Source: Clostridia bacterium (GTDB lineage: Bacteria > Bacillota > Peptococcia > DRI-13 > DTU073). Taken from it: DNA of 51,314 bases. Positions within the stretch are counted from its first letter, which is position 1; each line of letters opens with the position of its first letter. The notes beneath the pieces were generated by a model. It saw only the letters and a list, made by a program, of their open reading frames with translations, had not been told where the DNA came from and searched no databases. Both the position numbers and the translations under genes were made by a program. The stretch lies in NCBI GenBank assembly GCA_028709105.1, contig JAQVYD010000001.1, positions 1-51,314 of the forward strand. Direction: 5' to 3'. This document shows positions 27,579 through 36,538 of this stretch, in pieces.

Positions 27579-28625
27579 CTAAAAACCTGTAAATAAACGA
27601 AGAATATCTTTATAGGTTATAAACAGCATTAATGCCATTAATAAAGCGAAACCTAAAAAATGGATTAAATTTTCTTTTTCCGGTTTTACTTTTTTCCCAC
27701 CTCGTACAGCTTCAATCAATAAAAAGAATAACCTGCCTCCATCAAGAGCGGGTATAGGCAAAAGATTAATCAAGCCTAAGTTAATGGAAATTAAGGCGGT
27801 TAAATAGGCTACATTAACCCAACCAAAGCGAGCCGATTCACCAATAAGCTGAATAATTCCTACCGGACCGGTAACTCCATCTGCAGACACCTGCCCGGAA
27901 ATTAGCAATCCTAATTGTTGTAACATTCCTACCGTTAATTCATAGGTCTGTGTAAATCCCTTCCCTATTCCCGCAAATAAACCCATGCGCTCCCAAAGAG
28001 GGTCCCGCGGTACAATCCCGATCAGCCCAACTTGTCTCTCCGGATCATATTGAGGAATAACGGTAACTTTAAAGATCTGCTGATTTCTCTTTAACTCTAC
28101 CTCTAATTTTTCTTCTGTACTGTGATGGATTATGCCCGTAATTTCACTCCAGCTCTTTAAAGGTTTCCCATTAATACTAAGTATTTCATCATTCGCTTGT
28201 ATGCCTACTATTTCCGCGGCACTACCCGGCAGAACGTCTCCCACAAAATTGGCATAATCTTTGGGAACACCGATAACTGAAAACATGAGGGCAAAAATCA
28301 TAGCCCCCAGCAGAAAATTCATCAAAGAACCGGAAACAACTACAGCCATACGTGCCCACAGGGATTTTTCATTAAAATTCCGGGGATCGGGAGGAGCATC
28401 ATCATCAACCATCATTTCGCCGGTCATCTTACAAAAACCGCCTAACGGCAAAGCTCTTAAACTATAAAGTGTTTCACCCTTTTTATGTCCCACAACTTGT
28501 GGCCCCATCCCCAAGCTAAATTCTTCCACACGTATGCCTGACAACTTAGCTAAAATAAAATGTCCAAATTCATGAACAAAAATAATGATCCCAAAAACAA
28601 TGAGAGAAACAAGAAAAGTTTGCAA
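27579..28625 (-). CDS. rseP: RIP site-2 zinc metalloprotease RseP/RasP
   Basis: HEFGHF zinc site, PDZ domain and NLLPIPALDGG motif. Multi-TM. Confidence 0.9.
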   Translation of the reverse strand: MQTFLVSLIVFGIIIFVHEFGHFILAKLSGIRVEEFSLGMGPQVVGHKKGETLYSLRALPLGGFCKMTGEMMVDDDAPPDPRNFNEKSLWARMAVVVSGSLMNFLLGAMIFALMFSVIGVPKDYANFVGDVLPGSAAEIVGIQANDEILSINGKPLKSWSEITGIIHHSTEEKLEVELKRNQQIFKVTVIPQYDPERQVGLIGIVPRDPLWERMGLFAGIGKGFTQTYELTVGMLQQLGLLISGQVSADGVTGPVGIIQLIGESARFGWVNVAYLTALISINLGLINLLPIPALDGGRLFFLLIEAVRGGKKVKPEKENLIHFLGFALLMALMLFITYKDILRLFTGF

Positions 28626-28644
28626 ATTAACGACACCCCTTCTA

Positions 28645-29793
28645 TTAATCAGCTATTACTTCTTGGGCTTTTAGGCGAGCCCAGTGATCAATTTCCAGTA
28701 TATCACTGACCTGAAAATTAGCCAAAGTTTGATGCTGAATCATCACCTTTTCAATAATTTGAGGTATATCTATAAATCTTATGCAGCCTTTTAAAAACAA
28801 TGCAACGGCTTCTTCATTAGCCCCATTGAAAACAGTAGGCATTGTTCCACCAATTTTACCGGCTCTGATGGCCAAAGCCAAACCGGGAAATTTAGTAAAA
28901 TCCGGCTTCTGAAAGGAAATCTCCCGCAACTGATAAAAATCTAAGTGAGGAAAAGAATTAGCGAGACGCTGAGGATAAGTAAAAGCATATTGAATCGGAA
29001 TTCTCATATCAGGAGAACCAAGTTGAGCCAAAACAGAACCATCTTGATATTGAACCATAGAATGAATAATACTCTGAGGATGAACTACCACTTCAATCTT
29101 TTCATAAGGTACATCAAAGAGCCAATGAGCTTCCATGATTTCTAACCCTTTGTTAATTAAGCCGGCACAATCTACAGTTATCTTCGCCCCCATCCGCCAA
29201 TTCGGATGCTGTAAAGCCATTTGCGGAGAAACATTACTTAACTCCTCTCGGGTCGCTTTTAAAAATGGCCCTCCGGAAGCTGTTAAAATTAATTTTTCTA
29301 TCGCCGTAATGTTTTCTTTTTCTAAACACTGAAACAAAGCAGAATGCTCACTATCCACAGGGATAATGGCAGTACCATGTTCCTTGGCTTTTTCCATAAC
29401 CAAAGAACCAGCCGTAACCATTGTTTCTTTATTAGCTAAAGCTACTGTTATTTTATTTTCCAATGCGGTCAAAGTGGGCAACAACCCAGTGATTCCACTT
29501 ACGGCAATTAAAATAAGATCAATGTCTTTAAGTTTTGCTAACTCTACTAATCCCTTTTCTCCATTAAAAATCTCAACTTTACCCTTAATTAAATGCTTCA
29601 GTAAAACAGTATCCTCTTCTGAACCAATAGAAGCATATTGTGGCCGATACTTTTCCACCTGTTCAGCTAACAATTGTACATTGGCACCTGCCGCTAATCC
29701 AACAATTTTAAATTCATGCGGGAACTCATCAATTACCTGTAAAGCTTGTCTGCCTACAGAGCCTGTAGATCCTAGAATAACAATTTTTTTCAT
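28645..29793 (-). CDS. dxr: 1-deoxy-D-xylulose-5-phosphate reductoisomerase
   Basis: NADPH motif ILGSTGSVG, plus LANKE, DSEHSA and HPNW motifs. Confidence 0.95.
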   Translation of the reverse strand: MKKIVILGSTGSVGRQALQVIDEFPHEFKIVGLAAGANVQLLAEQVEKYRPQYASIGSEEDTVLLKHLIKGKVEIFNGEKGLVELAKLKDIDLILIAVSGITGLLPTLTALENKITVALANKETMVTAGSLVMEKAKEHGTAIIPVDSEHSALFQCLEKENITAIEKLILTASGGPFLKATREELSNVSPQMALQHPNWRMGAKITVDCAGLINKGLEIMEAHWLFDVPYEKIEVVVHPQSIIHSMVQYQDGSVLAQLGSPDMRIPIQYAFTYPQRLANSFPHLDFYQLREISFQKPDFTKFPGLALAIRAGKIGGTMPTVFNGANEEAVALFLKGCIRFIDIPQIIEKVMIQHQTLANFQVSDILEIDHWARLKAQEVIAD

Positions 29794-29815
29794 TATTTTC
29801 TACCTCCGGTGCCTT

Positions 29816-30967
29816 TTAATAATCTGTGTGCCAACCTTTAATTATCCCCTTAATAACAATAAAAGAAAATGGTCCAATAATAATGCCCCAAATCCCAAGG
29901 AATTTCAAACCCAAATAAAGAGCTATTATTACCGCTAAAGGGTTTAAACCTATGTTTTGGGAAAGAATTTTTGGTTCGGCTACCTGCCGAACGACACTAA
30001 TTATGCCATATAAAATTAACAGAGCGAAACCTAATTTAATGTTACCAAAAAGCAAAGTTATTATCGCCCAGGGGATAAAGAGAGCTCCCGGACCGACAAT
30101 TGGTAAAAGATCAAGTAAACCGACAATAATGCCAATGGTAAAGACATAATTTAAGCCTATGATATAAAGACCAAGAATGGTTAAAACGGCAGTAATGCTG
30201 ATCAGAATAAATTCCGCCCTGAAAAAACCTACTAAAGCAATACTGATCTGAGCAACTAATCCATTAGTGGATTGCACATATCTCTGAGGGATGATCTTAT
30301 AGAAAAGTTGAGTTAAACGTACTTTATCCCGGCTAATAAAAAATGTAGCCAAAGCAGACACAATTAAGATGGTAAGCAAACCAGGTAAACCTGCTAATAA
30401 TCCAAAAAGAAAATTCATTATTTTGGCGATGAGATTACCCGTTTGATCAATCACCATATTCATACTATTAAGTATGGCGTTTTGTGCTTCTTGAGGAAGG
30501 GGATTACTAGAAAGAAAATTTCTGATGACCTCCAAGGAATCCAAAACATAACTATAAATGTTGCGCGTATAAAAAGGCACCTGTTGATAGAGATCCGCAA
30601 GTTCAATAACTAAGCGTGAAATTACCACAACTAAGAAGAGAGTAATCATAATAACAAGTAAAATCAGAGCGATCAGCACCGCAAATCCTCTTTTTATTTT
30701 TAAGTTTTCTAACCAATTGACTAAAGGATCAATCAAAATAGCCACTACGATCGCCAGAATAAAAGGTAAAAACCCTTTTAGCAAAACCGCAAACATATCA
30801 AAAATTATGGGAATAAAATAAGCTACGGTAAAATAAAAGGTTAACAAAAGTAGTAAAACCACCGCAATTTTTATTAATTTTTTACTATAACGTTCTATTT
30901 CCGGATTCACATTCACATCAACCTTTCTAAAATTATTAATAAATAATAAGTTACTGGAGCCGCCCAC
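29816..30967 (-). CDS. AI-2E/PerM family permease, YtvI-like (sporulation integral membrane protein type)
   Basis: About 8 TM segments and a DLLPIVGPG motif. The track start lies 55 nt inside cdsA. In-frame GTGs at 30914-30916 or 30908-30910 are more plausible starts. Confidence 0.8.
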   Translation of the reverse strand: MGGSSNLLFINNFRKVDVNVNPEIERYSKKLIKIAVVLLLLLTFYFTVAYFIPIIFDMFAVLLKGFLPFILAIVVAILIDPLVNWLENLKIKRGFAVLIALILLVIMITLFLVVVISRLVIELADLYQQVPFYTRNIYSYVLDSLEVIRNFLSSNPLPQEAQNAILNSMNMVIDQTGNLIAKIMNFLFGLLAGLPGLLTILIVSALATFFISRDKVRLTQLFYKIIPQRYVQSTNGLVAQISIALVGFFRAEFILISITAVLTILGLYIIGLNYVFTIGIIVGLLDLLPIVGPGALFIPWAIITLLFGNIKLGFALLILYGIISVVRQVAEPKILSQNIGLNPLAVIIALYLGLKFLGIWGIIIGPFSFIVIKGIIKGWHTDY

Positions 30968-31716
30968 AAAGCACTATCAAATCTATCTAAAATTCCTCCA
31001 TGCCCAGGAATAATTCGGCCGGAATCCTTAATCTTAGCAAATCTTTTTAAAGAACTTTCAAAAAGATCACCCAGCTGCCCGGCAAGGGAAACAAACGGAG
31101 CCATATAAAACAAAATCTTCCCAACTGCCAGAGGTATACAAATACTATAGATATAGGCAGCTAAAACACCACTAATCAAACCACCCAACAAACCTTCCCG
31201 GGTTTTTTTAGGGCTAAGCAAAGGCGCTAATTGATGTTTTCCTAACATCATGCCTGTAACATAGGCACCAGTATCAGTACCCCACACGACAATAAAGACA
31301 TAAAGAACTAACCAAAAACCATCTGCTAACTGACGCAAAAGTAAGATATGAAAAAAGCCCGTAAAAATATAAATAATTCCTAATAAGGTAAAAGATAAAT
31401 CAAGAGGTGAATAACGAGGATAATAAACAACATAATAACCTAGACAAAACAAAAGATAAAAAACAAAGAGAGGAAGAATATAATTATATTTTAACAGAAA
31501 AATTAAAGGAAATAAAAGTGCACCAACCCATAAAAGTATTACTAAAGCTTGACATGGCGTATTCTTAATAATATTGCGGAACTCTAAAAAAGCTAATAAG
31601 GTTAATAAAAATACGGCTAAAACTAAATAAGGATCCCCTTTAAAAATAATAAAAATAAGCAAAGGTATGCCGATTAAAGCACTAATAATTCTTTGGAAAA
31701 GCATGATCATCACCAA
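30913..31716 (-). CDS. cdsA: Phosphatidate cytidylyltransferase
   Basis: CTP-transferase signature SLKRFAKIKDSGRIIPGHGGILDRFD. Multi-TM. Confidence 0.9.
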   Translation of the reverse strand: MVMIMLFQRIISALIGIPLLIFIIFKGDPYLVLAVFLLTLLAFLEFRNIIKNTPCQALVILLWVGALLFPLIFLLKYNYILPLFVFYLLFCLGYYVVYYPRYSPLDLSFTLLGIIYIFTGFFHILLLRQLADGFWLVLYVFIVVWGTDTGAYVTGMMLGKHQLAPLLSPKKTREGLLGGLISGVLAAYIYSICIPLAVGKILFYMAPFVSLAGQLGDLFESSLKRFAKIKDSGRIIPGHGGILDRFDSALWAAPVTYYLLIILERLM

Positions 31717-31732
31717 CTTTTTTAGATTATGA

Positions 31733-32500
31733 TTATTTTAATCCGCCAAAACGACGCTGCCGATACTGATAGTCATAAATCGCTTGATATAAATGATGTA
31801 CCTTAAAATCAGGCCAAAACACCTCTGTAAACCAAAATTCCGTATAAGCAAACTGCCACAACAGAAAATTACTAAGCCGTAATTCTCCGGCTGTCCGAAT
31901 CAGTAAATCCGGATCAGGAACACCTGCGGTATAAAGATGTTCTTCCATCGTCGCCGTATCTATAGTTGCTACTGGCAATCTGCCGCTGGCAACCTCACCG
32001 GCGATACTCTTTACGGCATCAAGAATTTCTTTTCTGCCCCCATAATTTAAAGCTATTTGTAAAACAAGTTTATGATTATGAGCAGTTTCTTTTTCAGCTT
32101 TTTGCACACGGCTTATTGCTGTAGAAGGCAGTTCCGAGATATTACCAATAGTTTTTATTTTAACACCATTTTGTTTTAATTGCTGTAGTTCTTTTTCAAT
32201 ATATTCTACTAAAAGGGCCATCAATGCCTTAACTTCTTCGGGGGGTCTTTTCCAATTTTCCGTAGAAAAAGCATAGACGGTTAAATAGGGCATACCTACC
32301 TCAAGACATGTTTCCACAATCAATCTTAACGTTTCGGCCCCCGCTCTGTGACCTGCTGCTCTAGGCAGCCCTTTCTTCTTCGCCCAGCGCCCATTACCAT
32401 CCATAATTATAGCAAGATGGCGAGGTAAGGGAAGTTTTATAATCTCCTGTTGAGTAAGATGAGGCGCCGACTTGCAAAATTTTTTAAAAAATGAGCGCAT
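31733..32500 (-). CDS. uppS: Undecaprenyl diphosphate synthase
   Basis: HLAIIMDGNGRWA, FSTENWKRP and RTAGELRLSNFLLWQ motifs. Confidence 0.95.
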   Translation of the reverse strand: MRSFFKKFCKSAPHLTQQEIIKLPLPRHLAIIMDGNGRWAKKKGLPRAAGHRAGAETLRLIVETCLEVGMPYLTVYAFSTENWKRPPEEVKALMALLVEYIEKELQQLKQNGVKIKTIGNISELPSTAISRVQKAEKETAHNHKLVLQIALNYGGRKEILDAVKSIAGEVASGRLPVATIDTATMEEHLYTAGVPDPDLLIRTAGELRLSNFLLWQFAYTEFWFTEVFWPDFKVHHLYQAIYDYQYRQRRFGGLK

Positions 32501-32520
32501 ATATAATGATAACCCTCCTT

Positions 32521-32558
32521 AAGATGAAAACCCCCTCATTGACCTCATTGAGGGGGTT
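32521..32558 (-). terminator. Rho-independent terminator between frr and uppS
   Basis: A 10-bp G/C-rich stem (AACCCCCTCA / TGAGGGGGTT, 32529-32558) with a 10-nt loop. The minus-strand tail is UUUUCAUCUU. It ends 8 nt before the uppS SD. Confidence 0.7.
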
Positions 32559-32642
32559 ATTTCACAGTTTATAATAGGCTGTTCAAAATACCCAACGAGA
32601 ATATTTAAAACACCATTTCTATTTTAGGCACAGCTAACCCTT

Positions 32643-33200
32643 TTATACTTCCATAATCTCTTTTTCTTTGATGGCTAAAACACGCTCTACTTCTTCAATA
32701 TATTGATCTGTTACTTTTTGAATCTCCTCTTGTCTTTTTTTAGCCTCATCTTCAGAAATTTCCTTGTCTTTTTCCACCCGTTTAATATTGTCATTAGCTT
32801 CACGACGAATATTTCTAATCCCAACTTTTGATTCTTCTGCTTTCTTTTTTGCGGTTTTTACTAACTCCTGTCTTCTTTCTTCAGTTAACTGCGGAATAGC
32901 TATACGCAAAAGATTCCCATCATTACTAGGATTTAAACCTAAGTCAGATTTTAAAATAGCTTTTTCCACTTCTGCCAGAACACTTTTATCCCAAGGTTGT
33001 ACTGTTAAAAGACGAGGTTCCGGTGCCGAAATATTAGCGAGCTGATTAAGAGGAGTTAAGGCTCCATAATATTCTACCTTGATTTTTTCTAAAAGAGCGG
33101 GATTAGCCCGTCCTGCCCGCATGGCCGAAAACTCTTTTCGTAAGACCTCAGTAGTTTTTTTCATCTTGCTTTCAGCTTCAATAAAAACATCTTTTAACAT
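32643..33200 (-). CDS. frr: Ribosome recycling factor
   Basis: 185 aa with [15 protein letters not shown] and [14 protein letters not shown] motifs. Confidence 0.95.
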   Translation of the reverse strand: MLKDVFIEAESKMKKTTEVLRKEFSAMRAGRANPALLEKIKVEYYGALTPLNQLANISAPEPRLLTVQPWDKSVLAEVEKAILKSDLGLNPSNDGNLLRIAIPQLTEERRQELVKTAKKKAEESKVGIRNIRREANDNIKRVEKDKEISEDEAKKRQEEIQKVTDQYIEEVERVLAIKEKEIMEV

Positions 33201-33204
33201 CTCT

Positions 33205-33921
33205 TTACCTCCCTATATATGTACCTATTTTTTCACCCATAACAGCTTTTTTTATATTCCCTTCCTCTAAAATACTAAAAACAATAAGTGGAATATTATT
33301 ATCCATACACAAGGTTGTCGCTGTAGAATCAATTACCCCAAGCCCTCTATTTAAAACATCAATATAATTAAGCGAAATGAATTTATGGGCAACAGAATTT
33401 CTTAAAGGGTCACAATCATAAACTCCATCAACTTTTTTGGCCATAAGTATTGCTTCGGCCTCAATCTCAGCGGCCCTAAGTGCAGCTGTTGTATCAGTTG
33501 AAAAAAAAGGATTCCCCGTACCGGCCGCAAAAATAACCACGCGGCCTTTTTCTAAATGACGTATGGCTCTTCGCCTAATATAAGGTTCTGCGATTTGCCT
33601 CATTTCAATAGCGGAAAGAACCCTCGTATCTATCTTCTCGTTTTCTAAGGCATCTTGTAAAGCCAAAGCATTAATTACAGTAGCAAGCATCCCCATATAA
33701 TCAGCCGTAGCTCTATCCATCCCTCGCGCACTTCCTGAAACACCTCGCCAGATATTACCTCCACCTACAACAATAGCCGTTTGTACCCCTATAGCCACAA
33801 TTTCTTTGACCTGCCGAGAAATAGAATCTAAGATTTGATGTTCAAAACCAAATTTTTGCTGTCCGGCTAAGGCTTCACCGCTAAGTTTTATAATAACTCT
33901 TTTATATTTTGATTCCATCAT
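33205..33921 (-). CDS. pyrH: UMP kinase
   Basis: [17 protein letters not shown] and [10 protein letters not shown] motifs. Confidence 0.95.
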   Translation of the reverse strand: MMESKYKRVIIKLSGEALAGQQKFGFEHQILDSISRQVKEIVAIGVQTAIVVGGGNIWRGVSGSARGMDRATADYMGMLATVINALALQDALENEKIDTRVLSAIEMRQIAEPYIRRRAIRHLEKGRVVIFAAGTGNPFFSTDTTAALRAAEIEAEAILMAKKVDGVYDCDPLRNSVAHKFISLNYIDVLNRGLGVIDSTATTLCMDNNIPLIVFSILEEGNIKKAVMGEKIGTYIGR

Positions 33922-33996
33922 CTGTTAGGTAATCCCCCAATCTATGAAATTCTACATCAATAAATAAAAACCTTTTTTTATATACTTATAATTACA

Positions 33997-34035
33997 TTTT
34001 AATAAAGAGAACACGAAGTGCTCTCTTTATTAAAA
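33997..34035 (-). terminator. Hairpin/terminator downstream of tsf
   Basis: An 18-position stem with one mismatch and a GAA loop. The base is A/U-rich, so the U tract is partly within the stem. Confidence 0.5.
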
Positions 34036-34042
34036 TGCATCA

Positions 34043-34690
34043 TTACTTATTAATCTGTGCCATAACCTCATCGGCAAAGTTTTCTTCTCTCTTTTGTAAA
34101 CCTTCGCCAACTTCATACCGAATAAAACGCCTTACCTTAATATTTTCTCCGATTTTAGCGATTTTTTCCACAATAAGGTCATTAACTGTTATTTCCGGAT
34201 CCCTAATATAAGGTTGCTCAAGTAAACAAACCTCTTTATAAAATTTACTAATTCTTCCTTCGATCATCTTTTCGATAATCTTTTCCGGTTTCCCTTCATT
34301 TAAAGCCTGTGATCTCAAAATTTGTTTTTCCTTTTCGAGTACATCTTCCGGAACATCTTCTCTCTGCACATATTCAGGACGTGAAGCCGTAATCTGCATC
34401 GCAATATTCTTCGCCAATTCCTTAAAAGCAGGAGTTTTAGCGACAAAATCTGTTTCGCAATTAAGTTCCAACAAAACACCGATTCTTCCGCCGCCATGGA
34501 TATATGCTTCTACAATTCCTTCTGCAGAGATTCGCCCTGCCTTTTTTGCTGCAGCGGCCAATCCTTTTTCACGTAAATAGGCGATAGCTTTTTCTAAGTC
34601 ACCCTCTTTTTCTGTAAGAGCTTTTTTACAATCAAGAACGCCTGCTCCGGTTCTTTCTCGTAATTCTTTAACCATTTCCATAGTAATCAT
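34043..34690 (-). CDS. tsf: Elongation factor Ts (short ~215-aa form)
   Basis: UBA-like N-terminus [19 protein letters not shown] and [12 protein letters not shown]. Confidence 0.95.
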   Translation of the reverse strand: MITMEMVKELRERTGAGVLDCKKALTEKEGDLEKAIAYLREKGLAAAAKKAGRISAEGIVEAYIHGGGRIGVLLELNCETDFVAKTPAFKELAKNIAMQITASRPEYVQREDVPEDVLEKEKQILRSQALNEGKPEKIIEKMIEGRISKFYKEVCLLEQPYIRDPEITVNDLIVEKIAKIGENIKVRRFIRYEVGEGLQKREENFADEVMAQINK

Positions 34691-34756
34691 CGTTTCGCCC
34701 CCTTTTATTCAAGTGCCTTCTTATTTATTCCTAAAAACACTTGAAGAAATAAATCG

Positions 34757-34793
34757 AAAAAAGGTGACAAGGGGTCATGTCTCCCCAGTCACC
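34757..34793 (-). terminator. Rho-independent terminator between rpsB and tsf
   Basis: On the minus strand, GGUGAC-UGGGG-(8 nt)-CCCC-UUGUCACC is followed by UUUUUU (34757-34762). Confidence 0.7.
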
Positions 34794-34804
34794 CCTTATC
34801 AAGA

Positions 34805-35587
34805 TTATTCTTCATCCTTAGTACTTATTTCCTGTTTTTCCTCGACTTCATCAATTTTATCATCTTGCTCAACTTTAACATCTGCCATAAGTTCATTGCC
34901 AACCTGTCCTTGGTTAGCCTCCAAAACAGCCTCAGCCATTTTATTGGTAATCAGCTTTACCGCTCTAATCGCATCATCATTTCCAGGAATAAGATAATCA
35001 ATTTCATCAGGATCACAATTGGTATCAACAATGGCTACAATAGGAATATTTAAACGTCGAGCTTCAGCTACAGCAATATGTTCTTTTCGAGGATCGATAA
35101 TAAAAAGAGCACCGGGTAAACCAGGCATATCTTTAATTCCCCCAAGAAATCTTTGCAATTTTTCCCGTTCTGCCATTAAATTAGCTACTTCTTTTTTGGG
35201 CAAAACAGTAAATGTACCTTTTACTTCCATTTCCTCAAGTTCTTTTAAACGTTGAATCCTTTTTTTAATCGTTTGATAATTAGTTAATGTTCCACCCAAC
35301 CAACGTTGATTAACATAAAACATTCCACAACGTTCGGCTTCCTCTTTAACAGTTTCCTGAGCCTGTTTTTTTGTACCAACAAATAAAAGATGTTGCCCTT
35401 CGGTAACTATACTCCTAATAAATTCATAGGCTTCTTCCACTTTTTTTGCTGTTTTTTGTAAATCAATGATATAAATCCCATTTCTCTCCGTAAAAATATA
35501 AGGCGCCATTTTAGGATTCCATCTTCTTGTCTGATGTCCAAAATGTACACCGGCTTCCAGCAATTGTTTCATTGAAATAACAGACAT
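34805..35587 (-). CDS. rpsB: 30S ribosomal protein S2 with acidic C-terminal tail
   Basis: [19 protein letters not shown], plus a conserved core and a D/E-rich last ~30 aa. Confidence 0.95.
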   Translation of the reverse strand: MSVISMKQLLEAGVHFGHQTRRWNPKMAPYIFTERNGIYIIDLQKTAKKVEEAYEFIRSIVTEGQHLLFVGTKKQAQETVKEEAERCGMFYVNQRWLGGTLTNYQTIKKRIQRLKELEEMEVKGTFTVLPKKEVANLMAEREKLQRFLGGIKDMPGLPGALFIIDPRKEHIAVAEARRLNIPIVAIVDTNCDPDEIDYLIPGNDDAIRAVKLITNKMAEAVLEANQGQVGNELMADVKVEQDDKIDEVEEKQEISTKDEE

Positions 35588-35700
35588 TACTCCACCTCCT
35601 TCCCCACGGTTTTACCTCCGCTACCTTCATTTTTACTTCAAACCGGACACGGCACCACGAAGTAAATCCAATAACGTGTGTATTTTTTACACCATATGAT

Positions 35701-35729
35701 AGTATAACATAAAGGTATTTTTTCAACAA
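35701..35729 (-). promoter_or_regulatory. Sigma-A promoter for rpsB (TTGTTG-17 nt-TGtTATACT)
   Basis: On the minus strand, -35 at 35724-35729, -10 at 35701-35706 and an extended TG. It leaves a leader of roughly 105 nt. Confidence 0.55.
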
Positions 35730-35746
35730 ACGTTTTTATATTTTTT

Positions 35747-36172
35747 TTATTTTTGACCGGCTATTTTTTCCCCTAAATTTAAACGAAGAACTACTTCACC
35801 TTTTGTTGTATGAAGTTTTTCGGCAATTTCCGAAATAGAATTACCTTGTTGCAACAGTTTAGCCATTTCTAAAGTAACAGGATTATATTTTTCTTCATTA
35901 TCCTCCTCCGTAAAAGTAAAGCCCTCTTTTAAATTTTTTTCTTCTTCTCTTAAATGCTGAAGAATTTTTTCTCCTTCGTTAATCTTTTCTTCTAAACCAT
36001 CTAAATACTGTGTAGATAAATATGTGTTTTCACAAAGTAATTGCTCAAAATCATTTCTCAAAGAAAGATATTCTTCTTTAAGAAACTCTAACTTGCTAAA
36101 TTTAATAATAATTAGGAGCAGAAGAACACTATTTATCAATAAAGTACTTAAATTTAGGATGACCATCTTCAA
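35747..36172 (-). CDS. Hypothetical membrane-anchored coiled-coil protein with C-terminal HTH-like segment (occupies the swrB position)
   Basis: N-terminal hydrophobic helix VILNLSTLLINSVLLLLIII, a heptad-rich middle, an acidic linker and a C-terminal GNSISEIAEKLHTTKGEVVLRLNL. TTG at 36170-36172 lies 6 nt after GGAGGGA, and ATG 36166 is also possible. Confidence 0.6.
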   Translation of the reverse strand: MKMVILNLSTLLINSVLLLLIIIKFSKLEFLKEEYLSLRNDFEQLLCENTYLSTQYLDGLEEKINEGEKILQHLREEEKNLKEGFTFTEEDNEEKYNPVTLEMAKLLQQGNSISEIAEKLHTTKGEVVLRLNLGEKIAGQK

Positions 36173-36199
36173 AAGGGATCCCTCCAACGCTCTTATCTT

Positions 36200-36538
36200 C
36201 TAAATCTTTAAGTCAAGATATCTACCGGTTTTAACATTATCCTGATTTTGTTCATCTTCTTTTTGCTGCTCTGTCTTTTCTAAGCTAACCAAGGTGCTCT
36301 GTTCTTTTTTCCGTTTATTGTTTTCTTGGTTTTCTTTCTCTTTTTCCTTTTCAATTTTCTTTTGTTCTAGAGCTTGCATCTGATTAATCATCTGTTCTTT
36401 TTGCTGTAATTCTTCTCGAATGCTCTGACTCATAATTTGCTGATCTGTCTGCTGCTGTCCCTGAAGAGTTCGATTAATCTTCTCTACTTCACCGGCACGT
36501 GGCACTAAGACCTGCATATCAACGGGTTTAATAGTCAT
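36200..36538 (-). CDS. Hypothetical 112-aa Q/E/K-rich protein, translationally coupled to the FapA-like gene
   Basis: The ATG overlaps the upstream stop (ATGA at 36535-36538). There is no hydrophobic segment. The N-terminus is MTIKPVDMQVLVPRAGEVEKI and the rest is charged low-complexity or coiled coil. Confidence 0.55.
   Translation of the reverse strand: MTIKPVDMQVLVPRAGEVEKINRTLQGQQQTDQQIMSQSIREELQQKEQMINQMQALEQKKIEKEKEKENQENNKRKKEQSTLVSLEKTEQQKEDEQNQDNVKTGRYLDLKI

Noticed and set aside
32560-32642. A possible promoter (TTGAAC...) between the frr stop and the terminator hairpin. It would make the hairpin a dedicated uppS leader attenuator.
   Set aside because: No acceptable -10 hexamer lies at 16-18 nt spacing. 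Read-through from frr is the simpler explanation.
34708-34745. An 8-bp inverted repeat (TTCAAGTG...CACTTGAA) in the rpsB-tsf intergenic region.
   Set aside because: The 22-nt A/T-rich loop makes the structure weak. It sits between a clear terminator and the tsf SD, and I cannot support any function for it. It may be a processing or stability element, but the evidence is insufficient.
35511-35729. A 72-aa minus-strand ORF overlapping the rpsB start and leader.
   Set aside because: It starts inside the predicted promoter. It overlaps rpsB out of frame and has no SD. Only the 6-codon uORF noted in the findings has ribosome-binding support.
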